From Acidobacteriota bacterium (GTDB taxonomy: Bacteria; Acidobacteriota; UBA6911; RPQK01; JAJDTT01): a stretch of DNA of 64,000 bases. The translations under genes were made by a program, and so were the position numbers. A model generated the notes under the pieces. That model was given only the letters and a program-made list of their open reading frames with translations, made no database searches and was not told the origin of the DNA. Positions 9,674 to 19,455 of the stretch are shown piece by piece; the first letter of the stretch is position 1, and each line of letters opens with the position of its first letter. The stretch spans positions 2,560,001 to 2,624,000 of the forward strand of contig OZ253580.1 of the NCBI GenBank assembly GCA_965263035.1. Direction: 5' to 3'.

Positions 9674-11169
9674 AGACTATGGATTCTCCGGAAAACAGAT
9701 TGCTGGCCTCCCGCCGCGACTTCCTCACTACTTCGGCCAGCGGCCTCGGGACCGCGGCCCTGGCCTCCGTGCTGGCGGGCGAAGGGCTGCTCCAGGCGAA
9801 GCCCGACGCGGGCATCACCAACCCTCTCTTCCCCAGGCAACCCCATTTCGCGCCCACGGCCAAGTCCTGCATCTTCCTCTTCATGGCGGGCGCGCCCAGC
9901 CAGTTGGACCTCTTCGACCCCAAGCCCAAGCTCATGAAGTTGGACGGACAGCCCATGCCCGAGTCGCTGCTGGAGAAGGTGAGATTCGCCTTCATCCGCA
10001 AGGAGACAGCGGTCCTGAAGGGTTCCGGGGTCCGGTTTCGGAAGCGGGGCGAGTGCGGGATGGAGATCTCCGACCTGCTGCCCCACATCGCCGGCTGCGC
10101 CGACGATATCGCCCTGATCCGGTCCCTCCACACCGACACCTTCAACCACCATCCGGGCCAGCTCATGATGAACACGGGTGTGCCCACCTTCGGCCGGCCC
10201 TCCATGGGATCCTGGATCAATTACGGACTCGGCAGCGAGTCGGAGAACCTGCCCGGGTACGTGGTGCTCACGGCCGGCCGGGGAACCAGCGGCGGCGCTT
10301 CCAACTGGACCAGCGGATTCCTGTCCACCAACTACCAGGGCGTATTGTTTCGAAACCAGGGCGACCCGGTTCTGAACCTGACCAATCCGGCAGGACTCCC
10401 GCACGAGTGCCAGCGTCTGGGACTGGACCGGCTCCGGCAGCTCAACCAGGAGCGCTACCAGCAAACCCGGGATCCCGAGATCCATTCCCGGATCGCATCC
10501 TACGAGTTGGCCTTCCGGATGCAGTCCTCGGCGCCCGAGCTCATCGATCTCGGCGGCGAGAGCGAAAAGACGCTGGAGATGTACGGCGTGAATCGGACCG
10601 AGGAGGAATGGAAGGACAAGCCCAACCGTGGCTACCGGTCGGGAGTCTTCTCCACCTATGCTCGTAACTGCCTGCTGGCCCGGCGCCTGGTGGAGCGGGG
10701 TGTCCGCTTCGTCAACATCTATCATGCTTCCTGGGACCACCACAGCAACCTGGAAACCGGACTGGGTTTCAACTGCATGATGTGCGATCAGCCGGTGGCG
10801 GCCCTCCTGAAGGATCTCAAGCAGAGAGGGCTGCTGGACGAGACCCTGGTGATCTGGGGTGGGGAGTTCGGCCGGACTCCTCTGGGTGAGAACCGCGTGG
10901 GCCGGGAGCCGAACACGGGCCGGGATCACCATCCCTTCGCCTTCTCCATGTTCATGGCCGGGGGAGGCATCCGAGGGGGACAGGTGCTGGGCCGGACCGA
11001 CGACATCGGATGGAACCCGGTCGAGGACCCGATTCACATCAACGACCTCCACGCCACCATCCTGCATCTGTTCGGGTTGGATCACGTCCGCCTCACCCAT
11101 CGCTTCCAGGGCCGCGACTTCCGGCTGACCGACGTGGGGGGCACGGTGGTTGCGAAACTGCTGGCATGA
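9670..11169 (+). CDS. DUF1501 domain-containing protein (Tat-like signal)
   Basis: SRRDFL signal; FLFMAGAPSQLDLFDPKP, WGGEFGRTP, GRDHH; GTGA overlap with upstream gene. Confidence 0.9.
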   Translation: MKTMDSPENRLLASRRDFLTTSASGLGTAALASVLAGEGLLQAKPDAGITNPLFPRQPHFAPTAKSCIFLFMAGAPSQLDLFDPKPKLMKLDGQPMPESLLEKVRFAFIRKETAVLKGSGVRFRKRGECGMEISDLLPHIAGCADDIALIRSLHTDTFNHHPGQLMMNTGVPTFGRPSMGSWINYGLGSESENLPGYVVLTAGRGTSGGASNWTSGFLSTNYQGVLFRNQGDPVLNLTNPAGLPHECQRLGLDRLRQLNQERYQQTRDPEIHSRIASYELAFRMQSSAPELIDLGGESEKTLEMYGVNRTEEEWKDKPNRGYRSGVFSTYARNCLLARRLVERGVRFVNIYHASWDHHSNLETGLGFNCMMCDQPVAALLKDLKQRGLLDETLVIWGGEFGRTPLGENRVGREPNTGRDHHPFAFSMFMAGGGIRGGQVLGRTDDIGWNPVEDPIHINDLHATILHLFGLDHVRLTHRFQGRDFRLTDVGGTVVAKLLA

Positions 11170-12794
11170 GCTTCCGTTTCCGCCGCCGTCTCCTGGCTCC
11201 CGCCGCCGCCGGTGCCGTTTTCCTGCTGTCGGGTTGCGCCGCGGAGGAGGAACCTGAGGCAAGGCCCGCCGGGAAGTACCGATTCATCCTCTCCAACGAC
11301 GGGGGATCAGTGGCGGGTCCCGTGCTGGAAGCTCCCATCGGAGTGGAAGGCCTGGTCAAGCTGGCTATAGAACCTCTCCGGGACACCCAGATCAACACCC
11401 TGTTCTGGCAATTGGGAACCGACCCCTACCTGGGGTCCCCGTCCCACCGGCTCTCGGACTACTACTCGCACCGGACGGAGGTGGGCCCCATCTGGGGGAC
11501 GGAGAACCCTTCCTTTCAGAGCGCCGGGCTCTGGCGCATCCGGGAGAACGCGAAACGGTTGATGGAGGCCGGAACCGACCCCGTCGCCGTGGTGGTGGAG
11601 CATGGGCACCGGGCCGGCCTGGAGGTCTTCGTCTGCATGCGGGTCAACGACATCCACGACACCCGTCTGGAGGGTGGGGTGGAGGACCCTCTCATGTCGC
11701 CCGTCAAGAAGCGGCATCCCGACTGGCTCCTGGGCGAAGAAGGCATCCGCAGGACGGCTTACAACTTCGCTCTGCCCCAGGTCCGGGAGTACAAGCTGGC
11801 CCTGGCCCGGGAAGCCATCGAGAACTACGACCTGGACGGTCTGGACTGGGACTTCTGCCGTCACCCCTTCCTCTTTCCCCAGGGGAGCGAAGCGGAGGGC
11901 GCGCCCCTTATGACCGAGCTGCTGGGTGAAATCCGGCGGGCGCTGGACGAGAAAGGGGAGCGGGTGGGCCGCCGGCTCTCCCTATCGGTGAGGGTGCCCC
12001 GCTCTCTGGACGAGGCCCTGGCGCAGGGAATGGACGTGAGGAGTTGGCTCTCGAAGGGGCTGCTGGACATCCTCATCGTCGGCTACCAGCCGGGGAACAA
12101 GCATCGTCTCCCAGTAGAGGAGTACGTGGAGGCGGCTCGGGGAACCCGCACCCGGATCGTGGCCCAGGGCCTGGGGCTCTTCCAGCAGCCCAGACCCCTC
12201 TCGGCCAAGCTCATCTGGAACGAGAAGGACTACTACACGGCCGAGATGTGCCGCGCCGTGGCCGCGGCCCACTACCGGGCCGGCGCCCAGGGGATCTTCG
12301 TGTTCAACAACCATTACCTGCAGGTGGTTCGGGATCGGCAATACGACCGCCTCCCCTGGAAGGAATTGGGGGATCCCCAGGTCATCGCCCGCAAGGACAA
12401 GCACTACCTGGCGGATCAGCAGAAGTGGGGAGCCGGCCGGCTGCCGCTGGACCTGGCGAAGGTGGGAGAAGAGGTGGAAGTCTCGCTGGACGTGGCGGAC
12501 GACTTGGAAGCGGCCAGCCGGGAAGGCGTCCTGAAATCGGCGACGCTCCGTCTTCTGGTGGACCAACTGACCCCTCAGGACCGGCTGGAGGTCACCCTGA
12601 ATGGCCGCCCCATCGGGGATCCCGACACGCAACACGTCTTTTTCAACGAGACCTGGCTCGAGTTCGCAGCGGGTCCTCCCCAGCTCAAGCAGGGCTGGAA
12701 CCGGATCGGTACCGCAGTCCGGGCCCGCAATCCCCAGATCACCAGCCCCCTCTCCCTCAAGAGCGTCGAGATTCTGGTGAAATACACGGAGTGA
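11166..12794 (+). CDS. glycoside hydrolase-like family 10 (GHL10-type) lipoprotein
   Basis: LLSGC lipobox; NDG, MRVNDIH, HPDWLL, YDLDGLDWDFCR motifs; ATGA overlap at 11166. Confidence 0.65.
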   Translation: MSFRFRRRLLAPAAAGAVFLLSGCAAEEEPEARPAGKYRFILSNDGGSVAGPVLEAPIGVEGLVKLAIEPLRDTQINTLFWQLGTDPYLGSPSHRLSDYYSHRTEVGPIWGTENPSFQSAGLWRIRENAKRLMEAGTDPVAVVVEHGHRAGLEVFVCMRVNDIHDTRLEGGVEDPLMSPVKKRHPDWLLGEEGIRRTAYNFALPQVREYKLALAREAIENYDLDGLDWDFCRHPFLFPQGSEAEGAPLMTELLGEIRRALDEKGERVGRRLSLSVRVPRSLDEALAQGMDVRSWLSKGLLDILIVGYQPGNKHRLPVEEYVEAARGTRTRIVAQGLGLFQQPRPLSAKLIWNEKDYYTAEMCRAVAAAHYRAGAQGIFVFNNHYLQVVRDRQYDRLPWKELGDPQVIARKDKHYLADQQKWGAGRLPLDLAKVGEEVEVSLDVADDLEAASREGVLKSATLRLLVDQLTPQDRLEVTLNGRPIGDPDTQHVFFNETWLEFAAGPPQLKQGWNRIGTAVRARNPQITSPLSLKSVEILVKYTE

Positions 12795-12795
12795 G

Positions 12796-14643
12796 ATCGG
12801 GTCGAGTGCAGGGGATTGCGCCCCTGCACCCTCCCACACCACCGGACGTACCGTTTTCAGTATCCGGCGGTTGGAGTCACCCGAGGTCCGATGGAATGAG
12901 GAACCCATAGCGGCGCAGACGGCGGTTGCTCAGGGCCGTGTGCAGCGCTGAGTGCCGGGCGATTCGCCAGCTTCCTCGACTGCTGTGGGCCACTCGAAGC
13001 AGCGGCTCACGCACCCCCAGAGACCGCAGTCGCCGGAGACGCCCTCGCCAACCATGCCAGCGCAACCAGAAGCATTTGCGCATGTGGCGCCGGATCCAGC
13101 CTTCCAACCTCCAGACCGGACGCCGCCATTCCGCCAGCCGGTAGTATCCCCACCAGCCTCGGATGTGCTGCCGCCATTGGTCTCTCAGTCCCAGGCTGCT
13201 GAGGTTCTGTCGGGCGTCCCAGAGTTGGCGCACCCGTAACTTCAGCCGCTTCAGGCTCTCCGGGGCCACTTCGATCTGCCCCTTCCGGGTGATCCGGAAC
13301 CCCAGGAGCTTCCGCTCCCAGGGCCGGCCCACTCCAGTCTTGCGCGCGTTCACCTTCAACCGCAGATGCTTCGCGATCCACTGCGGCAGGTTCCGGACCA
13401 CTCGATCCGCCGCGGTCGCTCCCCCTACGTAGACGTTACAGTCGTCCGCGTAGCGTACGAAGCAGTACCCGCGTCTCTCCAGTTCTTTGTCCAGCGGGTC
13501 CAGGTAGAGGTTCGCCAGCAGCGGGGAGAGCGGTCCGCCTTGCGGCGTCCCCTCCCGGGCTCCCACCACCACGCCTTCCACCAGAACCCCGCTGCGCAGG
13601 TACCGGCCAATCAGTTTCAGCACCCGTTTGTCCCGGATGACGGCCCCGATTCGCCGCATCATGATGTCGTGATGCACCCGGTCAAAGAACTTCTCGATGT
13701 CCAGATCGACGACCCAGTCCCGGCCTCCCCGGACCACGTACTCCCGTGCCGCTCTCACGGCATCGTGAGTGCTGCGTCCCGGTCGGAACCCGTAGCTGTG
13801 CTCGCTGAACCCCGGTTCGAAGATCCGCCCCAGCTCCTGCAACAGCAGTTGCTGGATGAATCGATCCAGCACCGTGGGGATCCCCAGGCAGCGGACCCCA
13901 CCGTTCGGTTTCGGGATTTCCACCCGCCTCACTGGGGTCACCGCGTAGGTCCCGTCCAGCAACTTGCCACGGATTCGCGGCCAGTGCTTCTGAAGGTGTC
14001 CCTCCAGTTCGGTGGTCTTCATGCCGTCCATCCCCGGCGCCCCCCGGTTGCGGAGTACCGCTCCCAAGGCCGCCCCGTAGTTGTCCGCCGAGACCACCTG
14101 TTCCATCAGCGACTCGTACCTCTCCCTTCTTTCCGGGTCTTCGCCGCCACCGAGACTCGATCTCCGCCCTTCCGGCTTGACGGGTTCCACCCTTGGGCCT
14201 TCCGGACCCGGGCCAGAGGATCTCTCCCCGGCTCCCGTCTTCGGAGTTCTTGGCGCCTCCATTGGCGAGTCCTCCATAAGGTCGGTACGACTCCTTCGGT
14301 CCTTCGCTCCACCGGCTCTACCCGGCTTCTTCGCTACTACGACCTCTGCTGACTTCTCAAGGGCTCTCACCCTTGAGATCTCCCCGAGTAAGGTGCTGCA
14401 TCTTTCCCCCCGGGCCGCCCGGCTCTACCTGGTACGTCTGGATGGGGTTCGGGTTTCGCTGTTGCTCGCCAGCTCACCGCCCGCACCCGGCCTCGCTGCC
14501 GGTTCGTGTTCCTGCGGTCGTGGGTTTGCCTTCCGCTTCCTTCAGCTTCACCTCGCGGCTACGCCTTGCGGTTCGGCTAGGGTTGGTCCCATCACCTCCC
14601 TTGGGATCTTTCATCCCTTAGATACAGCCCATGTCGGGCGCAC
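12796..14643 (-). mobile_element. complete group II intron, class C (IIC)
   Basis: Minus strand starts GTGCGCCCGACATGGG and ends CCCGAT; domain V AACCGCCGGATACTGAAAACGGTACGTCCGGTGGTG with CGC triad; domain VI hairpin TGCAGGGG-CGCAAT-CCCCTGCA; located just 3' of a hairpin. Confidence 0.93.
12877..14277 (-). CDS. ltrA: group II intron reverse transcriptase/maturase, no endonuclease domain
   Basis: GAPGMDG, LGIPTVLDR, SYGFRPGRS, GTPQGGPLSPLL, RYADD, X domain RGWWGYY; start codon uncertain. Confidence 0.93.
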   Translation of the reverse strand: MEDSPMEAPRTPKTGAGERSSGPGPEGPRVEPVKPEGRRSSLGGGEDPERRERYESLMEQVVSADNYGAALGAVLRNRGAPGMDGMKTTELEGHLQKHWPRIRGKLLDGTYAVTPVRRVEIPKPNGGVRCLGIPTVLDRFIQQLLLQELGRIFEPGFSEHSYGFRPGRSTHDAVRAAREYVVRGGRDWVVDLDIEKFFDRVHHDIMMRRIGAVIRDKRVLKLIGRYLRSGVLVEGVVVGAREGTPQGGPLSPLLANLYLDPLDKELERRGYCFVRYADDCNVYVGGATAADRVVRNLPQWIAKHLRLKVNARKTGVGRPWERKLLGFRITRKGQIEVAPESLKRLKLRVRQLWDARQNLSSLGLRDQWRQHIRGWWGYYRLAEWRRPVWRLEGWIRRHMRKCFWLRWHGWRGRLRRLRSLGVREPLLRVAHSSRGSWRIARHSALHTALSNRRLRRYGFLIPSDLG

Positions 14644-14831
14644 GAGCGGCGGCTTTCTTGCCGCCGACAGGGGGGCAGGGGGGACGGAGTCCCCACTTTA
14701 CACTTTCACCCCTCTACACTTCCCGGCCACCGAATCGCATAGCGGCAATGAAGAGCAGGCGGCAAGAAAGTCGCCTGGCCCAGTGGGCGACAAGAAAGTC
14801 GCCCCTCCTGGCGATTAGAAATCGCCCCTCC
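14644..14831. repeat. cluster of four REP-like palindromes
   Basis: Copies at 14644-14666 (reverse), 14758-14775, 14786-14808, 14810-14831; core GGCGRY-loop-RTCGCC followed by SCTCC in full copies. Confidence 0.85.
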
Positions 14832-15631
14832 TACGACCGCGCGTCGGAGGCGTCGATCCTCTCGATCCCTGAAGCGTGGGTCTTCACGGCTTCCAGCACC
14901 AAGGTGCGGCCCGCCAGCAGATCCAGGCTGTGCATCGCCCGGCGTACGTCCTTGTTGGCCTCCCGCTGGCGGGGATCGGTCTCCTTGCGCATGGTCCGGA
15001 TGGAGTAGAGCCGATGGAAGGGATAGAAGAGGAGCAGCGGCCAGCAGGAGCGGCGCCAGAGGTCGGTGGTGGCTTGAGTGATCCGGAAGCCGCTGCTGTG
15101 GAGCGCGTACCGGATCTGGTAGTAGGTCATGGGGTTGATGTGGTCGAACACGGGAGTGTGGGCGAACTCGTTCAGGGGACGGGGACAGAGAGAATAGAAC
15201 CCGGTCAGAAAGTACTTCAGCCTCGAAGCCGAATTCAGGATGTTGGGAGTCGAAAGGATGAGCCTGCCCTGCCACTTGAGGATCCGGTGGCATTCCCGGA
15301 TGAAACGGAAGGGGTGCTCCAAATGCTCGATGCCTTCCAGACAGACGACGTAGTCGAACGACTCATCCGGCAAGTCCAGGGGGCGGTTCATGTCCAAACC
15401 GAGACATTCCACGCCCTCGCACTTGAAGAAGCCCGGGTCCAGGTCCGCCGCCACCGTCTGGAAACCCATTTCTCGCAGGCAGTGGGAGATTCCTCCCTCG
15501 CCTGAGGGAATGTCCAGGATCCTGCCCCTGGGCAAGTCTTCCATGAGATCCAGGACCTTGAAGAAGGTCCGTTCGTGGGCAATGACCTGAAAGCCCTCGG
15601 GTTTCTTCCGAGCTCGACTCACCGATCCCAT
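14831..15631 (-). CDS. class I SAM-dependent methyltransferase
   Basis: ILDIPSGEG, FDYVVCLEGIEHL, GRLILSTPN. Confidence 0.88.
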   Translation of the reverse strand: MGSVSRARKKPEGFQVIAHERTFFKVLDLMEDLPRGRILDIPSGEGGISHCLREMGFQTVAADLDPGFFKCEGVECLGLDMNRPLDLPDESFDYVVCLEGIEHLEHPFRFIRECHRILKWQGRLILSTPNILNSASRLKYFLTGFYSLCPRPLNEFAHTPVFDHINPMTYYQIRYALHSSGFRITQATTDLWRRSCWPLLLFYPFHRLYSIRTMRKETDPRQREANKDVRRAMHSLDLLAGRTLVLEAVKTHASGIERIDASDARS

Positions 15632-15655
15632 TTCAGCACCGCCGCGAAGATGGTC

Positions 15656-17986
15656 TCAAGTTCGGACCATGGAAAAAAGGAGAATGGCGCCCGTACTGAA
15701 CAGGAGATTGGGACCCCAGGCGGCCAGCAGCGGCGAGAGCAGGCCGTTGGCGCCCATCATGCCGAAGATCCCAAAGGCGCCCCAGTAGCAGATCCCGATG
15801 AGCACCCCGGCCGCAATGCCGTAGAGCGCCCCCTTGCGACCCATGGAGAAGGCGAAGGGGATGCCCAGTATGGCCATGATGGGTGTGACCAGAGGCAGGG
15901 AGATCTTGGTGTAGAGATCCGTCTTCAGGTGGTCCACCTCGAAGCCTCCCTGTTGCAGGTCGAGGATGTACCGGTTCAGCTCCGGGTAGGTCATCTTGCT
16001 GGATTCCTTCACTTCACGGGCGAAGTACTCGGGACCTTCGCTCAGTTCGAATTCACGGCTCTCGAACCGGATGAAATCTTTTCGCTCCGGGTGTTCCAGC
16101 TCTCTGATCCAGCCTTGGGACAGGACCCACCGTCCGGTGTGCCGGTCCCAGGCCGCCTTCTGAGAATAGACGTGCCGTTTCAGCCGTCCCTCCTGGATGT
16201 CCAGGTCGAGGACGGAAAGGTCGCCGAAAAGGCCCCGCTGGGCATCGAAGTAATTGTAGTGGTAGAGCCGTTTCCCCTCGCCGAAGATCCAATTTCGTCC
16301 TTGCTGGTAGAAGGTCTGGACGGGACGGCCCTTGATGATGGTGCGCAGGTTGTCCTGCCGCTGGTTGGCGTAGGGAAGGACGTATTCCTGGAGCACGTAG
16401 AGGAAGGTTCCCACCAGCAGAGTCAGCCCCAGCACCGGCAGGCTCACGCGGTACACGCTGACGCCGCAGGCCTTGAGCGCCGTGATCTGACCCGTCTTGT
16501 CCAGCAGGCCGAAGGTGACGAGGGTGCCGATGAGGATGGAAAGGGGCACCAGCAGCATCAGGATGTGGGGCGCCAGGTAGAAGAAGTAGGAGATCAACAA
16601 GCCGTAGGGACTATCGTATTCCAGGACGTCGTCGATGAGGTCGAAAAAGGTGAAGAGATAGAAGAGGGCCATCGTGACCGAGAGGGCGAGGAAGGAGTAG
16701 AGGAGAAAGGTCTTCACCAGGTAGAGATCGATGACGCGAGCCACTCGGGGCCGCATCTGGATCAGGCGGGACCGGCGCCGTTGGAAGCCGGAACTGCTTC
16801 GAATCGTCGAGAGCATCCGCCGGAAACTCTGGGCGGCTCGGGTCAACTTCCGGTCCAGACGAGGGTAGACCTGGCGCCAGCGCAACGGTCTCGAATCCAA
16901 GGCGCCGTAACGGAATGTGGCCCAAGCCAGCAATCCCGTCAGCAGGTTGGTTCCCCACACACCCACCAGGGGATGCAGCATCCCGCCGCGGGCCAACTCG
17001 AAACCGGTCGCGAAGAGGACATAGTAGGCCAGCGCCACCACTACGCTGGCCACCAGCCCGTATCCGCGCCCGCCACGATGATTGCGGGCGCCCAGAGCGA
17101 CTCCCAGCACGGCGAAGATGATCGGCGAAACCGCCAGCGCCAACCGGCGGTTCAACTCCATCCAACTCCGGTCTCGCGTGGCGCCCGGATCGCCTTGGAT
17201 CTCCCTCCAGAGTTGAGTTGGCGCTTTGTCTTCGGAGCGCCTGGGACCGTTCGAGTTCTGTTCCACTGGAGGGAGTGGGAGCGCAAAGTCCCAATTGCGA
17301 AACCGGCTCAGCGTCATTTTTTCGGGAGCGTCCCGCGGGGTGTTGTAGCGCAGCCCGTCCTCAAGATGTAACTGGACCCGGCGCTTGTCTTCGTCGATGA
17401 GGGCCTCCCCGCCCCGGGAGAGGACGATTTCGGTCTCCGCATCGCTGCCGGTGGAAAGGAAGACCCCGTTCCAGAATCCGTTCCTCAGGTCCACGTCGCC
17501 GGCGTAGAGCACCCAACCCTTCGGCAGCCCTTCGTAGAAGACGCGCGCTTTGATCCGGGAAAGGACCGGCTGGACGCCGATCTCATGACGGAGCGTCTGC
17601 AGGTTCCAGTTCCCGGCCGGCAGCAACACCAGGGTGAGTCCCAGCGTGAGCAGGCTCACCAGCAATCCGATGTTGACCACGTGGCGCACCATCCGGTGGA
17701 CGCCGATCCCGCAGGCTCGCATGGCCACGATCTCGCTGTCGGTGGAGAGGCGGCTGAATCCGATCAGCGTCCCGATGAGGAAGGAGAGGGGCACGCTGAA
17801 GACCAGGATGCTGGGCAGAATCGACAACACGGTCTTGACGACCGTCAGGACGGGAGCGTCGGCTCGGATGAGGAGCTCGGTCAGGCGGCCGAACTCCCGG
17901 GTCAGAACGGCGAAGGTGAGGAACAGGAGGGTGATCAGGGAAGGGGGCGCAATCTCCTGGTTGATGAGCTTGTTGATCTTGGTCAT
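15656..17986 (-). CDS. lptF: fused LPS export ABC permease LptF-LptG
   Basis: Two tandem YjgP/YjgQ-type halves (DSEIVAMRACG; GQITALKACG; AAWGPN) in one 776-aa ORF. Confidence 0.88.
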   Translation of the reverse strand: MTKINKLINQEIAPPSLITLLFLTFAVLTREFGRLTELLIRADAPVLTVVKTVLSILPSILVFSVPLSFLIGTLIGFSRLSTDSEIVAMRACGIGVHRMVRHVVNIGLLVSLLTLGLTLVLLPAGNWNLQTLRHEIGVQPVLSRIKARVFYEGLPKGWVLYAGDVDLRNGFWNGVFLSTGSDAETEIVLSRGGEALIDEDKRRVQLHLEDGLRYNTPRDAPEKMTLSRFRNWDFALPLPPVEQNSNGPRRSEDKAPTQLWREIQGDPGATRDRSWMELNRRLALAVSPIIFAVLGVALGARNHRGGRGYGLVASVVVALAYYVLFATGFELARGGMLHPLVGVWGTNLLTGLLAWATFRYGALDSRPLRWRQVYPRLDRKLTRAAQSFRRMLSTIRSSSGFQRRRSRLIQMRPRVARVIDLYLVKTFLLYSFLALSVTMALFYLFTFFDLIDDVLEYDSPYGLLISYFFYLAPHILMLLVPLSILIGTLVTFGLLDKTGQITALKACGVSVYRVSLPVLGLTLLVGTFLYVLQEYVLPYANQRQDNLRTIIKGRPVQTFYQQGRNWIFGEGKRLYHYNYFDAQRGLFGDLSVLDLDIQEGRLKRHVYSQKAAWDRHTGRWVLSQGWIRELEHPERKDFIRFESREFELSEGPEYFAREVKESSKMTYPELNRYILDLQQGGFEVDHLKTDLYTKISLPLVTPIMAILGIPFAFSMGRKGALYGIAAGVLIGICYWGAFGIFGMMGANGLLSPLLAAWGPNLLFSTGAILLFSMVRT

Positions 17987-18115
17987 GGCCGCGCCGTAGC
18001 TACCCGGTCACCTGTCCCGAGACCGGACAATCTACCAAAAATAGACATGATTCCCATTGGGAGATTCCAATGGATGAGCGGAGGGGAAACTTCCGGTCCC
18101 TCCTAAACCCCCTGT

Positions 18116-18139
18116 CGGCGACTGGAAAGTCGCCGCTCC
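18116..18139 (+). repeat. REP-like palindrome
   Basis: CGGCGACTGGAAAGTCGCCGCTCC. Confidence 0.8.
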
Positions 18140-18156
18140 AGTGCTAGAATTTCCAC

Positions 18157-18777
18157 GTGATTCTCCACGACCTGGGGGTCCTGCCGTTTGCGGAGGCTTT
18201 TGCGCTTCAGGACGAGACGGTCCGTCGAGTTGCGGCCGGTCGTCAGGAGGAGACTCTCCATCTGGTGGTGCATCCCCACGTCTTTACCGTGGGGAGCGGG
18301 GGAAACGCACAGAACCTGCTGGCCCCTTTTGATCCTGAGGGACGTCCCATCGACTTGGTCCGAATCAATCGCGGGGGCGACGTGACCTACCACGGACCGG
18401 GACAACTGGTCGGGTACCCGCATCTGGACTTGCGGAGACGGGGACGCGACGTGGGGTTGTTCCTGCGGACCCTGGAGCAGAGCCTGCTGGACACGGCCGC
18501 CCATTTCAGGGTGCAGGCGTTCCGCAGGGAAGGCCTGACCGGCATCTGGACCCGGCGGGGCAAGCTGGGGTCCATCGGCGTGGGGGTGCGCCGTTGGGTC
18601 ACCATGCATGGGTTCGCCCTGAACCTGAACCCCGACATGAGGTACTTCCAGTTGATCAACCCCTGCGGCATGGCAGGCTGTCCCGTCACTTCGCTGGCAG
18701 CCGAGGCGGGAGCCGAGCCGGGCATGGAGGAGGTCAAGGAAGTCTACTGGCGCTCGTTTCGCCGGGTTTTCGGCTGA
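18157..18777 (+). CDS. lipB: lipoyl(octanoyl) transferase
   Basis: HPHVFTVG, RGGDVTYHGPGQLVGYP, HGFALN, INPCG. Confidence 0.95.
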   Translation: MILHDLGVLPFAEAFALQDETVRRVAAGRQEETLHLVVHPHVFTVGSGGNAQNLLAPFDPEGRPIDLVRINRGGDVTYHGPGQLVGYPHLDLRRRGRDVGLFLRTLEQSLLDTAAHFRVQAFRREGLTGIWTRRGKLGSIGVGVRRWVTMHGFALNLNPDMRYFQLINPCGMAGCPVTSLAAEAGAEPGMEEVKEVYWRSFRRVFG

Positions 18778-18783
18778 GAGAGT

Positions 18784-18806
18784 GGAGGGGCGATTTCCAG
18801 TCGCCC
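18784..18806 (-). repeat. REP-like palindrome between convergent lipB and nuoI
   Basis: GGAGGGGCGATTTCCAGTCGCCC. Confidence 0.8.
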
Positions 18807-18837
18807 ATTCCTCGATGTCCCGTCCGCTCGGAAGGGC

Positions 18838-19365
18838 TCAATCTTTTTGCGGCGCCGGCGAGCTCTCCAGGAGCTTCGCCATGTCGTAGACCATTCCTTC
18901 CCGCGTGTAGGAGGAGAACTCCAGAATCCCCGTGTCCATCCGGATGGCGTCCTCGGGACACGCCTCCACGCAGTAGCCGCAGAAGACGCAGAGACCCAGG
19001 TCGATGTCGAACCGAACCGGATATTTTTCGATCTGGGGGTTGGGGTGCTCACCGGCCACGATGTAGATGCAGCGGGCGGGACAAGCCGTTTCGCACATCA
19101 TGCAGGCCACGCATCGGGGCGAGCCATCTTCCCGCCGAGTCAGCCGATGCAGGGTCCGCAGCCTGGAGGCCAGCGGCCGCCGTTCTTCCGGATACTGATA
19201 GGTTTCGGCGCCGCGAAGATGCCGCGCCAATCCCACCTTGTGGGCCAGGTGGATAAGTATGTTGCGGAAGAAATGGCGCGCGGTGAGCCGAAGTCCCTTC
19301 AGGATTCCCGGAAGATAGGTGGATTCCCAGAAACTCAGCTGGGCCTCGACCTTCTTGATGGCCAT
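18838..19365 (-). CDS. nuoI: NADH-quinone oxidoreductase subunit I
   Basis: Two 4Fe-4S motifs CVACMMCETACP and CVFCGYCVEACP; TYQYPEE. Confidence 0.95.
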   Translation of the reverse strand: MAIKKVEAQLSFWESTYLPGILKGLRLTARHFFRNILIHLAHKVGLARHLRGAETYQYPEERRPLASRLRTLHRLTRREDGSPRCVACMMCETACPARCIYIVAGEHPNPQIEKYPVRFDIDLGLCVFCGYCVEACPEDAIRMDTGILEFSSYTREGMVYDMAKLLESSPAPQKD

Positions 19366-19455
19366 GATCAGTTCCCGCTCATTTCCCGCGTCGTCGTCCG
19401 AACGCCATGAGACTACGCCGACTGGCTCTCCTCTGGCAAGACAGATACTTCGTCA

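Noticed and set aside
12877-14370. RT as retron, DGR or defence RT
   Set aside because: Maturase X domain, GTGCG start and domains V/VI identify a group II intron
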